Assembly: GCA_013265495.1 (NCBI GenBank)
Contig: MU058042.1
Coordinates: 1 to 42,430 of the forward strand
Direction: 5' to 3'
Origin: Vicugna vicugna
Lineage: Eukaryota
DNA: 42,430 nucleotides
The notes beneath the pieces are model-generated. The model was not told where the DNA came from. It made no database searches and saw nothing but the letters and a program-made list of their open reading frames with translations. Below, piece after piece: positions 35,201 through 42,430 of this stretch (positions are counted from its first letter, which is position 1; the number at the start of each line of letters is the position of its first letter). The position numbers were made by a program, and so were the translations under genes.

Positions 35201-36420
35201 CACAAACAATTTGGAAGATTGAGCATATATGACGGAGCTGTGACATTTCAAAATATCAGCCAGATTATAAATACTGACCCTCACAATTGTTCCTGGGCCT
35301 CATTAGCTGTGAAATATCTTTTACTTGTATGGCATTTTGCAGTTTTTCAAACCTGGTGGAATGGTAAGTGTCGGTATTATTTCTACCATTTTACTTCAAA
35401 AAATTTTATTTTTAAAATTCGTACTTTTATTAAAGTTATACATAAGCACAGTCAAATTGTTTTACAAGCTTTGTCGTGCAAAATAGCAGCTCCTCACCCT
35501 ACTCCTCCCCATCTCCCTCCTAGGAGCAATCGTTTTCAGCTCTGATTATTTTGGTATTTATTTCCATGTCTCCAAATAATATTTCTTAACTTGTGTTGCT
35601 ACCTCGTAATTTTTTTCAGTTTTAATCATTAAGTTTTAAACTTTAGTCTACTGAGAATTTCTCTGCTGTCTTCTGTTCCCCAGCCCCTCAGTGAGGTTAA
35701 GTCATAATTCTGGTTAGACTGATTTGGGGGGTTCACATTAATCTGGCTGTAAAACCATGTAGCAAAGCACGCTGACTTTCCTTCGCCACACAATTTTTTG
35801 TGTCTCCCGGAAGTAATAATTATCTTGCTTTTTTGTTTGCTTGGCTTTCTGTTTATGTAAATCTAATTCAACCATTGTCTAATTCTCCTCTCCACAATCA
35901 TTTGCTGTTAAGTCAGTTAAATCTGAGGAGTCTTCCCTGGAAATTGCTGATGTGTTCTCAGGTGGACCAGAAGCCTCTACGTCTGATGAACATCTGTCAT
36001 TCTGGGTCTTTCTTTCACCGCCAATCTCTCTTTCCTGTTGGATCTCCTGGGTCCCATTTCTTCCTTGTTACTGGTTTTTTTATTTCTTGGTTCTGGGGGC
36101 ACGTGTCCATTCCTGGGAAGCAGTGGATGGGAGATAAATATTGTGAGGTGTCTGGAAATATCTTTATTCCCGCTTCCCAATTGATTGGCTCTTTGGATGG
36201 ATGTGGGATATTCTAGATTGGAAGTACTTTAGCTTTAGAATTTTGAAGGCATTCACCATTATCTTCAAGCTTCCAGTAGTGCTGCCAAAAAGTCTAAAGC
36301 CTTTTTGATCTTTATAAACTTGTAGAGTTGTTTTTTTTTTCCTTTGTAGGCAGTGTTCTAGAATTTAGTAATGTTTCATCTGTTATGCTAGGTGCTTGGT
36401 AGGTCCTTTAAATCTGTAAA

Positions 36421-36528
36421 TGTGACAATGAATATATACATGTTCATGTATAACTGAAAAATTGTGCTCTACACTGGAATTTGACACAACATTGTAAAAT
36501 GATTATAAATCAATAAAAAATGTTAAAA
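36421..36528 (+). mobile_element. Young camelid-type L1 3' tip with perfect 11-bp TSD
   Basis: ...AACATTGTAAAATGATTATAAATCAATAAAAAATGTTAAAA; TSD AAATCTGTAAA at 36410-36420 and 36529-36539 at a TT/AAA endonuclease site. Confidence 0.92.
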
Positions 36529-37131
36529 AAATCTGTAAACTCATGTCCTTCAGTTCTGAGAGGCTTCCTTCTTTATTCTCTTCTCAGATTTTCTTTCCTC
36601 CCTCCCTCCATCCTCCCTCCCTCCACCCTCCCTCCCTATGACTCCTCTCTTCCACATTTTCTGTTGTTTTTGCTGGAGCTCCTATTGTTTATATAGCAGA
36701 GCTCCTGGATTAGTCCTCTAATTTTCTTCTCTTTCTTATTTTCCATTCCTTTTTCCTTGTCCTCTTTCTTCAACTTTGCCTTCTATTCCTCTGTTGAAAT
36801 TTTCATTTCTGCTGTGATGTTTTTAATTCTCAGGAGTACTGGTTTATGTTCTCTGAGTGTTCCTTTTCCAAAAAACCTCTCCTTGTTCTATGAGGATATT
36901 AGTTGTAACATTTTTTTGAGTTTTCTTCCTCTCGAATCAACTTTGCTTTTTCTAAGTTTTTTTTTCCCACTTATTCATTAGGGTCTCTGTCTTTCATGCT
37001 GGTGGCTTCCCTCACGTGTCTGGAGATCTTTGTTTATGTCCTTACGGGGACAAAAAGCTGCTTGGAAGCTCTGGATATGTGAGTTAGATTATCCTGAGAT
37101 GATCAGTTTAGATCATCTCTTAGAGATTTTC

Positions 37132-37267
37132 TTTCTTTCGGTGGGGGGGCGGATAATTTGGTTTATGTATTTATGTATTTATTTAATGGGGGTGCTGGGG
37201 ATTGAACCCAGGACCTCGTGCATGCGAAGTATGTGCTCTGCCCCTGAGCTATACGCTCCCACCCGAC
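37132..37267 (-). mobile_element. Camelid Vic-1-type SINE with TSD
   Basis: Antisense GGGGATTGAACCCAGGACCTCGTGCATGC...GAGCTATAC; TSD CTTRGAGATTTTC at 37119-37131 and 37268-37280. Confidence 0.92.
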
Positions 37268-37989
37268 CTTGGAGATTTTCAGTATCAGTTAGGTTTTCCT
37301 TCTTTACTGATCAAATTGTTTCTTGTGTTGAGGACGAATGCCTGGCCTCCAGGGTTCTTGGAGGAGAGGCACAAGAGAGAGCTGCGAATCTCAGCCTCCA
37401 GTGCACATGTCCTCGTTAATATTCCAGCTCTTAGTAGGAGACTCTTGCCCTCAGCTTTGCCCAATTGGGGGACCGTCTCCAGTTTGGTCTTCTCTGTAGA
37501 ATAAACTTGCAGTCTTCTTGCATGATGGGGTGGTGGTGTCTGGCTGTGCAGAGCTGGGAGAGGGTGTAGGAATCCAGGTCTTGCACAGAATTTCAGCTAT
37601 TTCTTTTTGCTCTGCTTTTACCTTTATTTTCAGAGATAACTGTTTCCACCCTTTCCCGAGCCTTCGGAGAGTTCTAGCATCCAGTCATATGGCTTCTTAC
37701 TTTTCCCCACTGTTAGCATAGAACTCGGTTTACTCAGATGCACTCAGTTGGGCTAAATATTAGTGCGGCCAGTTGCTTACAAGGCCGGGGTCACTGTATG
37801 TGTTCACACTCTAGGATCCACAACCCTTTGCAGGGTGATTTTGCCAATCCTCCCTGCCTTGAATCCAGGCTGCCCTGAAGCCTTGCTTTCATCAGAGAAA
37901 TACAGTGCAAAAGCTGTTGCATGTCTTCAGTGCCTGGATTTCACTCAAGATGACTTGCAGGTTCTGCTTTTACCTTCCTGGAACTCTTC

Positions 37990-38243
37990 CACTGCCACGT
38001 GGCTGAAGAATGGTGGCCTAGCCAGCACCAGTTCCAACCACCAGAGGCTTGAGTGAGGGCATCTTATAACATGCAGCCACTGAGACTCCAGCTGACTGCA
38101 GCTGCGTGAGTGACCCCAGGTGGGACCAGCAAAGGAACCACCCCAGCTAAGCCCAAACCAGGTCTCGGACCTCTAGAACCAAGAGCAAATAGAATGTTGT
38201 TTTAGGCTGCTGAATTTTAGGGTGGCTTATTCCACAGCGATAT
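37990..38243 (+). mobile_element. MLT1-family LTR 3' part
   Basis: CCAGCTGACTGCAGCTGCGTGAGTGACCCCAGG...AACCACCCCAGCTAAGCCC...TGTTGTTTTAGGCTGCTGAATTTTAGGGTGG. Confidence 0.85.
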
Positions 38244-38490
38244 TTTTTGAAAAAAATTGAGGTAAAGTCAGTTTACAATGCTGTGTCGATTTCTTGTGTA
38301 CAGCATAATGTAACTATATATAGATATATTCCTTTTCATATTTTTAATGTGTTATTATAGGTTGCAACAAGATATTGAATATAGTGCTATACTTGTTGTT
38401 TATCTATTTTATATGTAGTAGTATCTATTTTCCATGGTGGCCGCACCAATTTACATGCCCACCAACCGTGTAGGAGGGTTCTCTTTTCTT
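38244..38490 (-). mobile_element. L1 3' end with internal deletion (artiodactyl type)
   Basis: TTGAGGTAAAGTCAGTTTACAATG...CAAGATATTGAATATAGT joined to TTTTCCATGGTGGCCGCACCAATTTACAT. Confidence 0.85.
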
Positions 38491-38509
38491 TATACACTGA
38501 TATAGTCAA

Positions 38510-38860
38510 TTTGTTAATTAGTTAATTTAGGATGATTGTATCCAAGTTCACACATGAACTTGATCTTTACTTTTTATTCCCTGTGCGATCTCTGCATTTG
38601 CAGCAGGGGTCATAGTAACCCTCATAAGATGGGATGGCTGGTTTTCTTTTTCTATGCTCTGAAAGAGTTTGTAAACAAAAGGAATTGTCTGTTCTTCTAA
38701 GTTTTGATAGAATATATGTAAAACTATCTGGGCTTTTCACTGTCTTCTCTTCTCCCCCCTCCTCCTTTTAAATTTGGAAATCATTTTAAACTAATGGAAA
38801 AATTGTCAATCAGAACAGAGAGTTCCGATAGGATTTTCACCCAAGCTGACCCAGACTGGT
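38510..38860 (-). mobile_element. Old L1 fragments
   Basis: TTTTCTATGCTCTGAAAGAGTTTGT...TTTGATAGAAT...AAACTATCTGGGC; then an L1M 3'-end-like TTTGGAAATCATTTTAAACT. Confidence 0.6.
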
Positions 38861-40436
38861 TTGTTTTTTTCATGGAACACGAACCCCATGACACGGCCTG
38901 ACAGAGTAAGGGTCCAGCTGGTTCCTTCAAGGAGCTCATTCCCTCCATCCTCAGGGTCTAGATTTTCCTGACCACATCAACCCTCATGGAGACTTTGACT
39001 CCGTGGCTGTCTGTACATAAAGTGTAGGTAACTGGTAAAAAATCCCAGCACGTTACTGAGTATTCACAGAGCCCCTGCCATGGTCCTGATGCTGCGGAGC
39101 TCTGAATGGACCGCAAAGATAATCAGACATGATCCCCAGCTTCATGGAATCTGCCTTCTCACTGGGAGGCAGATCTGAGCTCAGATCATGATAATACAAG
39201 GTGGAGTTCAAACCTGGGAGGAGCTAATTAGCCTTAATATAAGAGGGGGTGACAAGGGTTGGACCGTTGGATCATGGAGCAAAGGGATGTTGGTAGGAGA
39301 TGGGGGTCATGGGGCAGGGGAGTAGGGAAAGGCTCAGGTCAGGGCTTCCCTGTAGGGCAGGCAGCTGGGCTTCCAGATGCAGAGTAGGACATGTCAGAGG
39401 ACAGAGCCAGGGCACGGTGTGTGTGTGTGTGTATTTGGGGGCAGGGAGGATGGAGAAAGATGATGAAATGGAGGGAGTGACAACAGTAAAAACACACTTT
39501 CCTCCTGCACAGTTTTGCCCAGGGCCAGCCCCAGGCCTGTGAGCCATCTGGTAGGACCTGCAATTTCACTCACATGAAATTGTCGACTTTCCCTTCCCCT
39601 CCCCTGCTCCCTCACTGCCGCCCATGGGTGTGTGCATGATGGCACCGTGCAATTGACAAAATTAGTACATTGCCGCTGACCCCACCCTGCACCGCCTTCC
39701 TGGTGGCCCTGTGATTTCACGGTGACGTGTTTGGCAGACTCCTTGTAGCCCACACACTGCTGAGGGATGTCAGGCCCTCAGGCCTGGAAACCCGCAAGGG
39801 TTATGGGTACCTCCCCCTCCCTCCCCAACTCAAGTCATCCCAGCAAACATTTGATTGAGCACCGAGTGTGTGAGACGTACCAGCCAGGTGCTGGCAGGCG
39901 ACAGTGGGAAAGAAGGGTTGGACAGAAGGATGACCAAGATCTGATCCCCGTCCTCAAAATTTTCTTGACCTTTCTTCTCTTCCAAGAGTGTTTGTGTGTG
40001 GCGGGCACTTTCCAGTTTGCAAATCATTTCCCTTTGTAACCTCCCAATGTTCCCTACGGGAGGCAGGGAAGATTGTATAGATCGCTCGGTGAGGAAACCA
40101 AGCCGTATGCTCGACATTATGTCACTGGTGAACAAGAGGCTCAGGAAAGAACCCTGGATCTTCGGGTCCAAAATGGAGGGTAACTATGTCTCAGAAAAGA
40201 GGAAATTCAGACCCCAGCCTGAAAGACATCAACGACCCACCATGCCAATCCTGTAGAACACTGTGGGAACTTCCTTCATCTCACACTTGGCTTTGAGTAT
40301 TTCTTAAAGAAAGGTGAAAAGGCTAAGAAAACGAGAGACAGTAAGTGAGGGGTTGGGAGCACTAGGAGAATAGCCGTGTGCCTGCCTCTCAAAGATCTCC
40401 CACACCCAGTATGTCACGTGAGTCCTACATGTGCGG

Positions 40437-40675
40437 TAACAGCCAACACGTATTGAGCTCTTACTATGCGGCGGGCACTACTCTCCACACCTCACTCACC
40501 TTAATTCAGTTCACCCTCATCAACTTTATGAAGTAGGTATACCCCCATATTACATATTATTATCCTCATATTACAGTTGAGGGAACAGAGATGTTGAGCC
40601 ACTTGCCCAAGGTCACACAGCTTATAAGTCAGGGAGTCAGAATTTGAAACCCAAGTGGTCTGCCTGCAGGGCCAA
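40437..40675 (-). mobile_element. MIR SINE, near full length
   Basis: TATTGAGCTCTTACTATGC...ACTTGCCCAAGGTCACACAGCT...ATTTGAAACCCAAG. Confidence 0.9.
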
Positions 40676-41889
40676 TTCCTGCAACTCCACTGATGATTGG
40701 CAAGAGAGGGAGCACCTGAGCATGGAAAGGTGCAGGGACTTGCTCAAGTTCCCAGAGTCAGTTAGCTTCACCCAGTCTTTGTGTGCAGCCTCCTTCCTGC
40801 CACACCATGGCCAGGAGGAGAGAGGGTAGTGTACCTGCAGCAGACAGGCTCTGATTCCAGCTTCACGGAATGGGATGAGGGGCTGGCAGGGAAGCACTGC
40901 GGGGGCCAGTGCAGAGGTGAGTGTGGGAAAAGAGAGGGAGAGTAAATTGGGCAAGTGGGATAGGGCTGCTGCTGGTATAGAGGATTCTGGACCCTGCTAA
41001 CACAGGTGGATGGGAATGGAAACTTCCAGGGGGCCAGCGGACTCAGAGAACCAGCATTCCACCTGCTTTTATCATTGGTTATTGTGTTATTGCTGGTGAG
41101 GGTTTCTGCCTGGAGGACTTATGCTTCAGTTTCCTGCAAACCCCAGGACTGAGGAAATTAACCAACATACCTATGCAAGAGGAGTAAGATTCCTTCCCGA
41201 GTATATTCTAAATGTATAGAAAATCCTTCCAAAAAAGACCTCCTACTACTTTTGAATTACTTAGTTCTATTCAAAAGATGGAGAGATGGGAGGAAGAGAG
41301 GGAGGAAGCAAGATGGCCAGGGTCATGCAGTAATTAGACTCCAGGCCCCCTGATCCAAGAGCTGTCAGACAGGATGTGACTTGTTTCATGTAGGGAAGAC
41401 CTCTGCTTTTTTCCAGATGAGGCTAAGCATGAGATCAGCTTATTCATTAGAGCTGATCGTAGCAACTCATGAGACCAGGGCAAAAAGAATGCATGAACTA
41501 TCAGAGCATTTTCATTGGTACAAGAAAACCTGGTTTTGGCCATAGAGATGGTCCTGAAAAGCTGTGAACAAACCCAATTTTAGAAAAGGAAATGTGATTT
41601 TAAATGTATGAAGGGCTCTCTGTTTCTAAAGGGAGCTTGCCTGGAATGACTGAGGGGGGATTTTCTTTATGAAGAATCCTTTGTAAAGCAAAATTTTTTC
41701 TCCCATTCATCGCGCGCGTGTGTGTGTTTCTTCAACTGGGGCATCTGTATTCCAAATCAGTCCTCAGAATAACTGCAAGGTGGAAAAATTTGTCTTCAGG
41801 GCTTCTTCTCTCATTGGGTGCCCTGACTCTTTCTCTATGCTTGGAGTTCCTCCCTCCCATCACCTCCCACTTCTCTTTGGGAAAACTGC

Positions 41890-42298
41890 TTAGAATGGAT
41901 GGAGCTAGGGGGTGAACAGGTCATTAGATGATAACAACATAAGCATGACCCTGGCCAGGAGCACCTCGATTTTTGTGATGTCTTTTTTACAAAACTGAAA
42001 AACGTTGTAGATCCTAGTGAAGGGATCGCTATAGATGATTTTGATCAATTTCTATCAGACATTGCTTGTCCTGCTTTGATTTGGGAGATGTCATGCCCAT
42101 CGCCCAAGGTGATTCCTTGGAGAATTTAGCTCCTTCATTGTGTGCTGATTTCACAGGTTTAACACTTAGTGAGTAACTGTCTCCAACTTCTTGGGTCCTG
42201 TAGTAGTTAGAATGGATGGAGCTAGGGGGTGAACAGGTCATTAGATAATAACAACATAAGCATGACCGTGGCCAGGAGCACCTCGATTTTTATGATGT
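41890..42298 (+). repeat. 92-bp direct repeat pair (41890-41981 and 42207-42298), 3 mismatches
   Basis: Direct base-by-base comparison. Confidence 0.98.
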
Positions 42299-42310
42299 AA
42301 ACTTCTTGGG

Positions 42311-42430
42311 TAGTAGGTTGAATGGTAGCTCCCAAAAGTTAAGTCCACTCTGCAGCTGCAAATGTGATCCTATCTGCGAAAGGATATTTGCAGGTGTAAT
42401 TAAGGTAAGGCTCTCAAGATAAGATGAGAT
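42311..42430 (+). mobile_element. MLT1 (B/C/D-like) LTR 5' part, running off the window
   Basis: TAGTAGGTTGAATGG...CCCAAAAG...TTTGCAGGTGTAATTAAGGTAAGG...GATGAGAT. Confidence 0.85.

Larger units (their letters stand above)
35400..37740 (-). mobile_element. HAL1-like (ORF1-only, half-L1) element, near full length, with nested insertions
   Basis: 3'-end-like TTTTATTAAAGTTATACAT at ~35420 lies <1 kb from L1 ORF1-like antisense sequence (TCTTTATT...AGAATTTTGAAGGCATT...GCTTCCAG); HAL1-like 5' segment TTTCAGAG...GAGCCTT at ~37630-37670; no ORF2 between them. Confidence 0.6.

Noticed and set aside
39561..39582. 8-bp inverted repeat CAATTTCA...TGAAATTG
   Set aside because: Too short to exceed chance in 42 kb; no extended pre-miRNA-like stem
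42029..42241. 70-aa minus-strand ORF between the 92-bp repeats as a retrocopy fragment
   Set aside because: No recognisable protein and only a very short A-run; the flanking duplication is better explained by template switching
1..42430. CRISPR array, operon or other prokaryote/virus-type system
   Set aside because: The sequence is mammalian with LINE/SINE/LTR content; no regularly spaced repeat array or long intact ORFs seen

Overview
This window is repeat-rich mammalian intergenic or intronic DNA, very probably from a camelid (alpaca/llama/camel). The basis is four tRNA-Ala-derived SINEs of the camelid Vic-1 type and a young L1 3' tip of camelid type. I recognise no intact host protein-coding gene, RNA gene or prokaryote-type system. 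The ORFs in the track are either chance frames or decayed retroelement proteins. The main content is: (1) a ~4 kb decayed class III (ERV-L) provirus on the minus strand, with readable gag, protease, RT and RNase H remnants and its YIDD motif mutated to *IDG; (2) two abutting L1s (11.2-15.9 kb); (3) a near full-length HAL1-like element with nested younger insertions; (4) many MaLR/MLT1, MIR, L2, CR1/L3 and hAT fragments plus microsatellites. The most interesting signals are non-coding: a divergent cluster of CTCF-consensus motifs (2.7-5.3 kb), a perfect EBF palindrome overlapping an octamer (30.15 kb), a GC-box/G4/CCAAT promoter-like patch (23.3-23.6 kb), a young 92-bp duplication with template-switch signatures (41.9-42.3 kb), an old ~170-bp local duplicate, and a SINE with a probable 3' transduction. 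Repeat subfamily names and most boundaries are by-eye recognition and approximate. I cannot support a claim of a new biological system here.
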